DNA from: Patescibacteria group bacterium
GTDB taxonomy: Bacteria > Patescibacteriota > Patescibacteriia > UBA10025 > JAHIVO01
NCBI GenBank assembly: GCA_018816445.1
Contig: JAHIVO010000061.1
Coordinates: 305-64,304, forward strand
Reading direction: 5' to 3'
Length of the DNA: 64,000 nucleotides
The notes beneath the pieces are model-generated. The model was not told the DNA's origin and did not search any database. It worked only from the letters and a program-made list of their open reading frames with translations. Positions 26,589 through 35,295 of the stretch are shown in pieces. Numbering within the stretch: the stretch's first letter is position 1; each line of letters begins with the position of its first letter. The translations under genes were made by a program, and so were the position numbers.

Positions 26589-26975
26589 ATGCCTATGGAT
26601 TTTGTGGATAACATCAAAAGAAACGATTACAAGCTGACACAGCCCCGGCTTAAGATACTACGCTGTCTTCAGAATAATCAGAAGCCGCAGACTCCTCAGG
26701 AAATTCATTTGTCATGCCGAAAACAAGGAATTGATTTAGTAACGGTATATCGCACGTTGGAGCTATTTCAACGTATTGGAATAGTTCATCGTGAGGAAAT
26801 TTTTAGAGAAACAAGATATTACCTTGACCAGAATGAACACCATCACATTGCCTGCCGAAAATGCCTTACGATTAAGTGTATCCCGTGTAAAATGGAGTTT
26901 TCTAAGATCAAAGGTTTTTCCAATATTCAGCATTTCCTAACGCTGACCGGCATATGCAAACAATGCAGTAGTTAA
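26589..26975 (+). CDS. Fur-family metalloregulator
   Basis: Winged-helix N-terminus (TVYRTLELFQRIGIVHRE), HHH, and CxxC pairs. Confidence 0.7.
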   Translation: MPMDFVDNIKRNDYKLTQPRLKILRCLQNNQKPQTPQEIHLSCRKQGIDLVTVYRTLELFQRIGIVHREEIFRETRYYLDQNEHHHIACRKCLTIKCIPCKMEFSKIKGFSNIQHFLTLTGICKQCSS

Positions 26976-27031
26976 TTCAGTCGTTTAGTTATAAAATAAT
27001 CTTTATTAATTATAAAATGTATTAGTGTTAT

Positions 27032-27781
27032 ATGACAGAAGTTTGGTTATATACAATTTTAAGTGTTTTTATCGTTAGTCTCGTTTCTCTGATAGGTATT
27101 TTGACGATTTCAGTAAATATGGAGAAGTTAAAAAAGATTCTTCTGTTTTTAGTTAGTTTTGCGGCGGGTTCATTACTTGGTGGTGCTTTTATTCATTTAT
27201 TACCGGAAGCGTTCGGGGAGTTAGAAGATACAGCACTTTTACCCTTTTATATCCTTCTAGGGATTGTTCTATTTTTTATTTTGGAGAAAATATTGAATTG
27301 GCGCCACTGTCATATACCAACGTCAGATAAACATCCTCATCCTTTAGGTATTAATAATATTATTGGTGACGGATTCCATAATTTTATCGATGGTATGATT
27401 ATTGCCGCTAGTTATATGGTAAGTGTACCGTTGGGTATTGCTACTACAATCGCCGTTTTGTTGCATGAAATTCCGCAGGAAATAGGTGATTTTGGCATTC
27501 TTGTTTACGCTGGATACACAAAAAAGAAAGCATTATTTTTTAATTATCTTTCCGCTTTTACGGCTGTTGTGGGTGCGGTTTTAACTCTTATTATCGGTTC
27601 ATCAATTACTGGCATGAAAGATTTTTTAATTCCCTTTACCATTGGCGGTTTTATTTATATTGCCACGGCGGATTTGATCCCTGAATTAAAGAAAGAAACT
27701 GATCTTGGTAAATCAGCCTTACAGCTCGTAGCCTTTTTATTTGGGATAGGGATTATGACACTCTTACTATTATTAGAATAG
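27032..27781 (+). CDS. zupT: ZIP-family zinc transporter (ZupT-like)
   Basis: HEIPQEIGDFGIL and H-rich motifs, 8 TM helices. Confidence 0.75.
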   Translation: MTEVWLYTILSVFIVSLVSLIGILTISVNMEKLKKILLFLVSFAAGSLLGGAFIHLLPEAFGELEDTALLPFYILLGIVLFFILEKILNWRHCHIPTSDKHPHPLGINNIIGDGFHNFIDGMIIAASYMVSVPLGIATTIAVLLHEIPQEIGDFGILVYAGYTKKKALFFNYLSAFTAVVGAVLTLIIGSSITGMKDFLIPFTIGGFIYIATADLIPELKKETDLGKSALQLVAFLFGIGIMTLLLLLE

Positions 27782-28030
27782 TTAATATTACGCTGAAGTA
27801 AGCCAAATGAGTCTCAGCCAGAGGCTGATCCGCCTTTGGCGGAAATAATGAGACACCCCTATGTACTGTCTTACTTGTTCCGTTACGAGCGCGAGTTTAC
27901 GGGATTTGTCTCATTTCCTGCCCCGTTGAATGACGGGGTCGCTTCTTGAAAGACTCCCTAAAAGTTTTTGAAAAAAGCAAGCCTAATCTCGGCTCTTATT
28001 AAAAGGGATTAGCTGCTCTGTAAACAACTA

Positions 28031-28219
28031 AGGACAATACTGTTGCCATTGAGGACTCGGCATCCGGCGTTAAGTCAGCAAAAGCTGCGGGTATTAAATG
28101 TATCGCTGTCCTTCATACTACTCATAAGGATCGCCTGTGGGAAGCTGATAAGATTGTAAATTCGATCATGGGCATTGATAGCTCGACAATCCAACAAGTA
28201 TTCCCTCATTTGCAATGAA
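28031..28219 (+). pseudogene. C-terminal fragment of a HAD-family hydrolase (beta-phosphoglucomutase-like)
   Basis: Translates to KDNTVAIEDSASGVKSAKAAGIKCIAVLHTTHKDRLWEADKIV..., with no N-terminal half or start codon. Confidence 0.5.
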
Positions 28220-28240
28220 TCACAGACAGTTTATTGTCCC

Positions 28241-28310
28241 TTTCCGCAAAAAGGTTCTAACATCCTCTACCCAGCCTCTCGCGAGAGGCTGGGTCTACAA
28301 CCCCGAGCTA
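28241..28310. repeat. Module-boundary motif copy M4 with inserted GC hairpin CCCAGCCTCTCGCGAGAGGCTGGG flanked by duplicated TCTAC
   Basis: CTTTCCGCAAAAAGGTTCTAACATCCTCTAC-[hairpin]-TCTACAACCCCGAGCTA. Confidence 0.55.
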
Positions 28311-28390
28311 ATTTATAAGTATTACTTGACTAAGTTTATAAAATTGATTACAATTTATTAATCAAATTATTAATAACTAACAATAAATTT

Positions 28391-28696
28391 ATGGGCGATC
28401 CAGAAAATAGAGAATTCGATCCAGGTGAAAACCGCGTTGAAGCAGAAATAAATCACGTTGCTAATGACACAGCTAGAAAAGACTGGCCAGAGGTTTTACA
28501 GGAGCTTCAATCAGAAGTGCCTCGTGAGCTTGATGAGGCTTTAAGTGGTGGAATATTGAATGCCAAGCAAAGGGTTGATTATTTTAAAACGTTAACTGGA
28601 GTAGCGGATAAGGTAAAGGCAGAGGATGATTTTGAACAGAAGCAACAGATACTTGATGCGATTGAAAAAATCCAAAAAAAATTAGAAATTAGCTAG
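28391..28696 (+). CDS. Hypothetical acidic protein
   Basis: 101-aa ORF with no recognisable family. Confidence 0.3.
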   Translation: MGDPENREFDPGENRVEAEINHVANDTARKDWPEVLQELQSEVPRELDEALSGGILNAKQRVDYFKTLTGVADKVKAEDDFEQKQQILDAIEKIQKKLEIS

Positions 28697-28755
28697 AAGG
28701 TTAATTTTTTTAAAGGCGTATATTTAAGTCGCTTGATTTGTGTTATTTTTAGAAT

Positions 28756-29748
28756 ATGGACATAGACCGACTGGAAAAAATATTAAAGGACGAGAAGCCA
28801 TACCGCCTGCGGCAGGTTCGGCGCGCGGTTTTTCATGACTTTATTGATGATTGGAGTCAGGCTACCACCTTGGCGGCTGATTTGCGGAAAAAATTGAACA
28901 GCCAGTGCCCGCTGGGGGTTAAAAATAAATTATTTATTTCAGCTGACAAAAAAACAATTAAAGCACTGCTGGAATTTGCCGACGCACAAAAGGCGGAGGC
29001 GGTGCTGATGCGGCATCGGGACGGCCGCAATACGGTTTGTGTTTCTTCCCAGATTGGCTGTCCGGTAGGCTGCGTTTTTTGTGCTACCGGCCAAATGGGG
29101 CTTAGAAGAAATCTGGCGCTGGGTGAGATTATTGAACAGGTGCTGGTTTTTAGCCGATTTTTGAAAAAAGATTCAGGCCGGATTACCAACGTTGTATTCA
29201 TGGGCATGGGCGAGCCGTTTCTAAATTATGATAATGTCGTAGCCGCTCTGCGTCTGCTGAATTCTCCGGACTACTTCGGTTTGGGTTCTAGAAAATTGTC
29301 CATTTCAACTGCGGGCATCGTGCCCGGAATAGAAAAGTTTGGCCGGGAAGATTGGCAGGTCAATCTAGCTGTCTCGCTGCACGCGCCCGACAATGCTTTG
29401 CGAACCAAGCTGATGCCCATCAATAAGGTCTATCCAATTGAAAAAGTTTTGGCAGCGGTTGATGATTATATTGCAAAAAAGAATAGAAGGGTGATGTTTG
29501 AATACTTGATGATCAAAGGAGTCAATGATTCTGAGGAGCAGGCCCGGCAGCTTGCCAAAATTTTAAATAAGCCGCTGTATATGGTTAATCTAATCAGATA
29601 CAATCAGACCGGCTCGTATTACCCTTCTGAAAGCGATACAATTTCAAAATTTATGCAGGCACTGCTTGATGCCGGCCTGACTGCTACCCAGCGCTACAGC
29701 TTTGGCCATGACATCAAAGCGGCGTGTGGACAGCTGGCAGCCCAATAG
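28756..29748 (+). CDS. rlmN: 23S rRNA (adenine2503-C2)/tRNA methyltransferase RlmN (radical SAM)
   Basis: VCVSSQIGCPVGCVFCATGQMGLRRNL and GMGEP motifs closely resemble RlmN/Cfr. Confidence 0.8.
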   Translation: MDIDRLEKILKDEKPYRLRQVRRAVFHDFIDDWSQATTLAADLRKKLNSQCPLGVKNKLFISADKKTIKALLEFADAQKAEAVLMRHRDGRNTVCVSSQIGCPVGCVFCATGQMGLRRNLALGEIIEQVLVFSRFLKKDSGRITNVVFMGMGEPFLNYDNVVAALRLLNSPDYFGLGSRKLSISTAGIVPGIEKFGREDWQVNLAVSLHAPDNALRTKLMPINKVYPIEKVLAAVDDYIAKKNRRVMFEYLMIKGVNDSEEQARQLAKILNKPLYMVNLIRYNQTGSYYPSESDTISKFMQALLDAGLTATQRYSFGHDIKAACGQLAAQ

Positions 29749-29879
29749 TAAATATATATTTAGAGAAAATTCCGTATTGGTTCATTTGATGCTGGGGTAA
29801 GTTTGACAATTATTAATCTAAATGATAATTATTAAGTACAAATAAAAACACACACAGCAACTTTTGGTGGAGGACCTTT

Positions 29880-30062
29880 ATGGAATGGCAACAGGTAGGA
29901 TTAGGCATAAAAGTACAATGTACAAAAGATGGCAGCCGCACTGGCTCAGGAGAAGTCACCAAACTTCACCCTGATAGGCAGCGGTTTGATATGAGTCAGG
30001 AATGCGATGGTGCTACTGCAAACGTGCTAAACTGCAATCCAGAGGATTTTGATCCAGCATAA
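29880..30062 (+). CDS. Small Cys-containing protein; candidate precursor peptide for the downstream rSAM-SPASM enzyme
   Basis: 60 aa with three Cys in the C-terminal half. Its own terminator follows at 30080-30107. Confidence 0.3.
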   Translation: MEWQQVGLGIKVQCTKDGSRTGSGEVTKLHPDRQRFDMSQECDGATANVLNCNPEDFDPA

Positions 30063-30079
30063 ATAGTGATTAGGCATAT

Positions 30080-30107
30080 AGCAGCTCCCATGGGGCTGCT
30101 TTTTTTG
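30080..30107 (+). terminator. Rho-independent terminator (GCAGCTCCCATGGGGCTGC + T8)
   Basis: Read directly. Confidence 0.5.
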
Positions 30108-30177
30108 TTGACATAAAGCTTTGGCCTTGATAAGGTGTGGGGAATTGATCTTTTCATGCATGAAGGAGGATGTGCAA

Positions 30178-30300
30178 ATGGCTAAATTGGCTAAATCTGC
30201 AATTATCTGGGTAATTACCTCGGTCGTTACAGTACGGTTGTATCTTTGGGTCTCAGTTGCCTTTTTTTACTGTCAAACGCTTGGCGCAAGAATTGGGTAG
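30178..30300 (+). CDS. 40-aa hydrophobic peptide (MAKLAKSAIIWVITSVVTVRLYLWVSVAFFYCQTLGARIG)
   Basis: GAAGGAGGA RBS 6 nt upstream. Below the track cutoff. Confidence 0.35.
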   Translation: MAKLAKSAIIWVITSVVTVRLYLWVSVAFFYCQTLGARIG

Positions 30301-30335
30301 CCCTTACCTATCGGCAGGTAGGTTCCGAAGAGTTT

Positions 30336-31361
30336 ATGAGATGGATTACTACGCTGGAGAAGACGCTAGCCAACAGTTCCAAGAACAGAAAGCTACGCCA
30401 GGAAGGGCTGCTGTTTCCGTCCGCGCAGACTTGGTTTATCACAGATGAATGCACCAAACATTGTGCCGGCTGTCCAAATGCGGATGGCAAGCTGGACGGC
30501 GATATGTCTGAAGACGATTGGGTTGCCTTGGGGCAAGAGTCGATCAAGTTTGGCTGTATGATCGCCATGATTTTAGGTGGAGAACCGATGCTGAAGAAGG
30601 AGATGGTCAAGCGCATTAAGCAGCGTCTGGGCAATCAAATGTTATTTCTGGTTTTCACCAATGGTGATTTAATTACCGATCAGGACATGCAGGACTTCCG
30701 GCGTTTGGGAATTGCCCTGGCTGTGAATATCGGCTCGGGCAGGAAAAGTGATGATGGCGCCTTGCGGACGCTACAGCTGGCCAAGAAGCACGGAGTAATG
30801 GCTGGCGCTTCGATTACCATAACCCAGCAAAATTATAAGCAGGTAACTTCACAGGCCTATATGGATTGGCTGGTATTACAAGGCGCACTGTTCGCCTTCC
30901 ACTTCCATTATGTTCCGACCGGTTGCGATGCTGATCAACGTTTTACGTTGCAAGGCGACACTTTTTACGACGTGGAAAGGCGCTTAATTGCTTTACGCGG
31001 ACCGATTCGGGTAATTCACTACTCTCAATGCCGTGCCGCGCATGCGTTGGCTTCAGTAGACCTGGACGGCAACGTGAAGCTATGCGCGTTTTGCGGCGGC
31101 AAGAAATCTGTCGGGAATGTACTGGGTTCGTCGATGCTGGACGTGTTCAATAATGATCGCTTCGGTCAGCTTCGTAGATTAAATAAGGGTCAGGCTTGCA
31201 TGGTTCTGCAGCATACTGATAGGCTGGGTGAACTTGGTTATTTGCCGGCTAAAACAGTACAAGCTGTCAATCAGTGCCAGTATCCGCGCGGCTATATCCG
31301 AAGACCAGGCTGGTGGCACGAGTTAAGCGTTAGGCTCAGAGATTGGGCCTGGGCTCGATGA
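30336..31361 (+). CDS. Radical SAM / SPASM-domain peptide-modifying enzyme
   Basis: CTKHCAGC (Cx3Cx2C) near the N-terminus and a C-terminal Cys cluster (CAFCGG...). Start taken at ATG 30336; the track ORF starts at 30246 in the same frame. Confidence 0.6.
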   Translation: MRWITTLEKTLANSSKNRKLRQEGLLFPSAQTWFITDECTKHCAGCPNADGKLDGDMSEDDWVALGQESIKFGCMIAMILGGEPMLKKEMVKRIKQRLGNQMLFLVFTNGDLITDQDMQDFRRLGIALAVNIGSGRKSDDGALRTLQLAKKHGVMAGASITITQQNYKQVTSQAYMDWLVLQGALFAFHFHYVPTGCDADQRFTLQGDTFYDVERRLIALRGPIRVIHYSQCRAAHALASVDLDGNVKLCAFCGGKKSVGNVLGSSMLDVFNNDRFGQLRRLNKGQACMVLQHTDRLGELGYLPAKTVQAVNQCQYPRGYIRRPGWWHELSVRLRDWAWAR

Positions 31362-31430
31362 TAGTTGAGCGGAAATTCATTTTGGACTTCCGCTTTTTAA
31401 TTAATCTTATTATGTTAATATAAACTTATT

Positions 31431-32184
31431 ATGGACTTAAGCACCTATGGAGTTATTATAATACTTGCGCTTTTATCCGGCATGACCACGATCGTGGGCG
31501 TGTCGCTTGCGTACGTATTTAACAAAAAACAGAAAAAATTTTATTGTCATCGGCATTAGTTTTTCTACCGGGATCATGGTGCTGGTCTCTGTTTTTGAAT
31601 TAGTGCCGGCCGCACTTATTAATGGAAGTTTTTTTTCGGTTGCAACAGCAGTCTTAGCAGGAATTTTTTTGGCAGTCTTGGCCAATCATCTGGTGCCTCA
31701 TTCACATATCATTAAGGAAGAACATAGGCACAGACGCATTGCCCTAAAAACAGCATATTTAATTGCTGCCGGCCTGATACTGCATGATTTTCCCGAAGGC
31801 TTTGCTATGGCCAATTCGTATGTTTATGCCCCGTCGTTGGGTATTATAGTAGCCATGGCCATTGCCTTGCATAATATTCCAGAAGAATTTGCCATGGCTA
31901 TGCCATTGATTGCCGCTGGTGAGAAAAAGAAAACAATTTATAAAATTGCATTTTTGTCCGGTTTGGCTGAGCCAGTCGGGGCTGTAATTTGCTTACTGGC
32001 TATCCAGTTTTTTATCGGCCTGAATGCCTGGCTCATGGCCTTTGCCGCGGGGATTATGGTTTACGTGGCAATTCATGAGCTATGGCCCATGGCGAGATCA
32101 TACGAAAAACCTCGGTATTTACCAATTGGAATATTACTAAGTCTAATTGTTTATTTAATTTTAATTTATGCTGTACCAAGCTAG
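31431..32184 (+). CDS. ZIP-family metal transporter interrupted by a frameshift at an A-run (~31521-31536)
   Basis: Frame-0 ORF from ATG 31431 encodes the TM1 segment MDLSTYGVIIILALLSGMTTIVGVSLAYVFNKKQKK. The rest (KNFIVIGISFSTGIMV... HNIPEEFAMAMPL) is in the +1 frame starting at 31507. Confidence 0.55.
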
Positions 32185-32302
32185 AGCAGGAATTATTTTT
32201 TGTATTAATTATGTATTTGCTTAAAATTAATATTATTGATAAAATTAAGGCAGAAATTAGCCAAGAATTTAAAATACTATTAAGTAATTAACAATCACAA
32301 TT

Positions 32303-32725
32303 ATGGATGATCAAAAAATTTCCACCAGCGTAAAAACAAATGTAACTACTGGCCAAAAAGTGTTGCTAGTTTTAGCCGTGGTGGGATTGATAGGATTTGG
32401 TTTTGCTATTGCTCTGGTTTCTAGCAAGTCGCTAGGGATTGAATCTAAGCCAGTAACTTATACTTTTGCTGGTACAACGCTTGATGCGGTAAAGGAGCAA
32501 ATGTATAAAGAAGCAGAAAATATGTACTATAACCAAACAGAAGTTGATATGATAGTTGATATTTTTTCTAAGTACAGCAGTGATGTAGAAAAAGGCATTA
32601 TCAAATGCCGACCATGTGATTTTGATAGTGAGAGTGGAGTTTGCGCTTTAGGCGCTTGTGTTGGCGGTCATGCGCGCCCGGGCGATTATGAAATTAGGGT
32701 GACTATACATTTTGATGTTTGGTAA
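32303..32725 (+). CDS. Membrane-anchored Cys-rich small protein, paralog A
   Basis: N-terminal TM (GQKVLLVLAVVGLIGFGF) and C-terminal CRPCDFDSESGVCALGACVGG. Confidence 0.45.
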   Translation: MDDQKISTSVKTNVTTGQKVLLVLAVVGLIGFGFAIALVSSKSLGIESKPVTYTFAGTTLDAVKEQMYKEAENMYYNQTEVDMIVDIFSKYSSDVEKGIIKCRPCDFDSESGVCALGACVGGHARPGDYEIRVTIHFDVW

Positions 32726-32747
32726 TTATCATTAATAATAGTCAAAT

Positions 32748-33200
32748 ATGGAGAACAGCCAGGATTTGAAAAAAACTAACATTACCACAAAAACCCAAAC
32801 TACAGTCGGGCAAAAGGTCTTATTAATTCTGGGAGTTATTGGTTTAATTGGTTTTGGCATGATGGCGGCTGTTATAGCCAATCAGGCCACCGTGGTTGAG
32901 CATGAAACGCCGAACTACAAAACAGCCAGCTTTACAGCAATTTCCTTGGCAGAAGTTGAGGATAAGACCAAGGAAGCAATTATGGACATCCGGCCGCAGA
33001 CCACTCCTACTGATCTTAATACCTATACTCAGAATATGGTAAATTTTGTTGAAGAGCAGGATGAAGGTATGATTACTTGGCCCAGTTTCAGATGCAGCGG
33101 ATGCGGAGGGGGTTCAGGCGCGTGTTTAGGTGACATGCTGTGTGGCAATGCCAGTGGCAGTTTTAACCGCTGGCGGGCAACTATTACTTACCACTTTTAA
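32748..33200 (+). CDS. Membrane-anchored Cys-rich small protein, paralog B
   Basis: N-terminal TM (GQKVLLILGVIGLIGFGM) and C-terminal CSGCGGGSGACLGDMLCG. Confidence 0.45.
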   Translation: MENSQDLKKTNITTKTQTTVGQKVLLILGVIGLIGFGMMAAVIANQATVVEHETPNYKTASFTAISLAEVEDKTKEAIMDIRPQTTPTDLNTYTQNMVNFVEEQDEGMITWPSFRCSGCGGGSGACLGDMLCGNASGSFNRWRATITYHF

Positions 33201-33209
33201 ATGTAGAAC

Positions 33210-34751
33210 ATGCCCAGATCATGGTTTAAGGAGCTGACAGCTTCAATTATTGAGAGGATTGAGCAAAGGAAGCTGCCATTAATTTACTGGCTGCTTTCTT
33301 TTGTTGTGATTGCGCTATTAAGGATGTATATCGAAGATTTTACCGTACCGGGCGGCAGCCGGGGATTTTTTAATGCCGGTAATCAAATCCATGAATTTAT
33401 GTTTTATGCCGTGGCCATGCTGGTGATTGCGGCAATTTTGCATTTATTTACCAGGACGGAAATCAAAAATGTATTTAAAACAGTAATCAGCTTTTCACCG
33501 ATTATACTAGCTGCTCCGGTGATTGATTATATTGTGACCTTGGGCCAAGGTTGGCGCATATCGTATGTGTATGATTTAACTGTGCAGAGTCCCTGGATAC
33601 GATTTATAACTTTAGGCGGAGAATGGAGCGGGGGCGGAGCCACGCCCGGGATAAAGATAGAGATCCTGTTTATTTTAGCATTTATTTTCCTTTATATTTG
33701 GTCTAAGACGGGGAGAAAAATAAAGTCAATGGCCGGCTCGTTCTTATTGTATTGTTATTTATCAGTAGCCGCTTTACTGCCGTGGTGGGTAGCGCAATAT
33801 TATTCTTGGTTTGGATTAGTGGGGGAGGGCGAGCATACCATCTTTGGGATTAAACTTCTGCTGTTGGTATTTTTAATAATTTCCCTTTGGCTATATAAAA
33901 GTAAAAGCCAGAAAATTTTTCTTGCTATACTGGCTGAATTGCGCATATCCAGAATTATTTTTTATCTTGCCCTGCTAGGCATGGGCTTGGTTCTGTCGGT
34001 AATGACCATTGTTAATAATAAACCGACTCCAGAATTAATTATTGATGCAGTATTAGCTGCGGAGGCGATTATATTATCATCTGTATTCCTGATGATGGTT
34101 AATGATCGGGAAGATTACGAGATTGATAAAGTATCAAATCCAGAGCGGATTTTACCCTCGGGCCGCATAAGCGAGTTATCTTACAGCCAGATTGGCATTT
34201 TCTGCATTATATTTGCTTTATTATTTGCAGCAGCTGTAGGTGTAGAAATATTCTTTTTAATTTTATTGGGCAATTTACTGTTTGTGCTATATTCAGCGCC
34301 CCCGTTTAAACTAAAGAATTACATTATATTATCAAAAATGACTATTGCCAGTGCAGGTGTAGTTGTCATGACTACCGGGTTTCTGTTAGACCATACCAGG
34401 TGTTCAGCTTTTCTGCCTACGCCAATTTTAATATCCCTCTGGATTGGAGTGTTGGCAGGATCGTTTGTTATTGATCTGAAAGACTTTGAGGGTGATAAAA
34501 AAGCCGGTGTGATTACCTTGCCAGTTAAAGTGGGTTTAAAAAATGCTAAATTGATTATCAGTACCTTGGTCATTATTGCCTTTGTAGCAATTACCCTATT
34601 ATTGGAAAAAAGTGGATATATATTGTATTCGATAATTCTCGGATTGCTAGTGGCTGCAGCCATGCATAAAAAACCATATAATGAACCATTAGTATTTTTT
34701 GGATTCATTTTGAGTTTGATATATTTTTCTATAGTATACTTATTTTTTTAA
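33210..34751 (+). CDS. Polytopic membrane protein with C-terminal UbiA-family prenyltransferase domain
   Basis: NDREDYEIDKVSNP (NDxxDxxxD) and DLKDFEGDKKAGV (DxxxD) motifs. An extra N-terminal ~280-aa TM domain. Confidence 0.55.
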   Translation: MPRSWFKELTASIIERIEQRKLPLIYWLLSFVVIALLRMYIEDFTVPGGSRGFFNAGNQIHEFMFYAVAMLVIAAILHLFTRTEIKNVFKTVISFSPIILAAPVIDYIVTLGQGWRISYVYDLTVQSPWIRFITLGGEWSGGGATPGIKIEILFILAFIFLYIWSKTGRKIKSMAGSFLLYCYLSVAALLPWWVAQYYSWFGLVGEGEHTIFGIKLLLLVFLIISLWLYKSKSQKIFLAILAELRISRIIFYLALLGMGLVLSVMTIVNNKPTPELIIDAVLAAEAIILSSVFLMMVNDREDYEIDKVSNPERILPSGRISELSYSQIGIFCIIFALLFAAAVGVEIFFLILLGNLLFVLYSAPPFKLKNYIILSKMTIASAGVVVMTTGFLLDHTRCSAFLPTPILISLWIGVLAGSFVIDLKDFEGDKKAGVITLPVKVGLKNAKLIISTLVIIAFVAITLLLEKSGYILYSIILGLLVAAAMHKKPYNEPLVFFGFILSLIYFSIVYLFF

Positions 34752-34943
34752 TATTTTAGGGTTGACAAGGGAACGTTGATGTGATAATATTGGACGTTGA
34801 ACATTGAATATTAAACTCAAGGAGTCCTAATGCGTTTTATTGCAGTTTTGTTGGTACTGATCATATTTCTGTTTTCTGGCTGTGCTTGGAAAAGCAAGCT
34901 GGCCTGAAAAGGCGGTCAAGAACCCGCTGGTCAGCGGATAACC

Positions 34944-35171
34944 ATGGTCAGGTTGATACCTTCGGAGCAGGGCCAAGATAGCCTACAGTTAGTATTATCC
35001 AGTGATTTCCGCCGGGAGGTTATGTCTATTGCCAGAGATCAAATCGAATTTAAATATGATTCTGGCGTGAAGGACTATCCTATTCTGGCCCAGGAACTGA
35101 CTGGTTATGTAGTATATTGTAGGGATTGGGAACAGAAAATGAAGAAGTTCCCCTTCGCTCTTATGGATTGA
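34944..35171 (+). CDS. Hypothetical protein
   Basis: 75-aa ORF. Confidence 0.25.
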   Translation: MVRLIPSEQGQDSLQLVLSSDFRREVMSIARDQIEFKYDSGVKDYPILAQELTGYVVYCRDWEQKMKKFPFALMD

Positions 35172-35295
35172 TAAACCGGGGGTTTCACGACTGCCGGTTT
35201 TTTTTATCCTGCATCATACTGGGGCGGGGGTAAATTTGACTTTTTTTGTGTGACTCGCTAGACTTAGGACTATTAACAATTAATATTTTTTCAAT

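Noticed and set aside
12452-28310. The boundary motif as integron attC sites or a CRISPR array
   Set aside because: Spacing is irregular (2.9-11 kb) and there are no short regular spacers. GTTCTAAC/GTTAGAAC only loosely resembles the attC R-box GTTRRRY. No intI-like integrase is present in the window.
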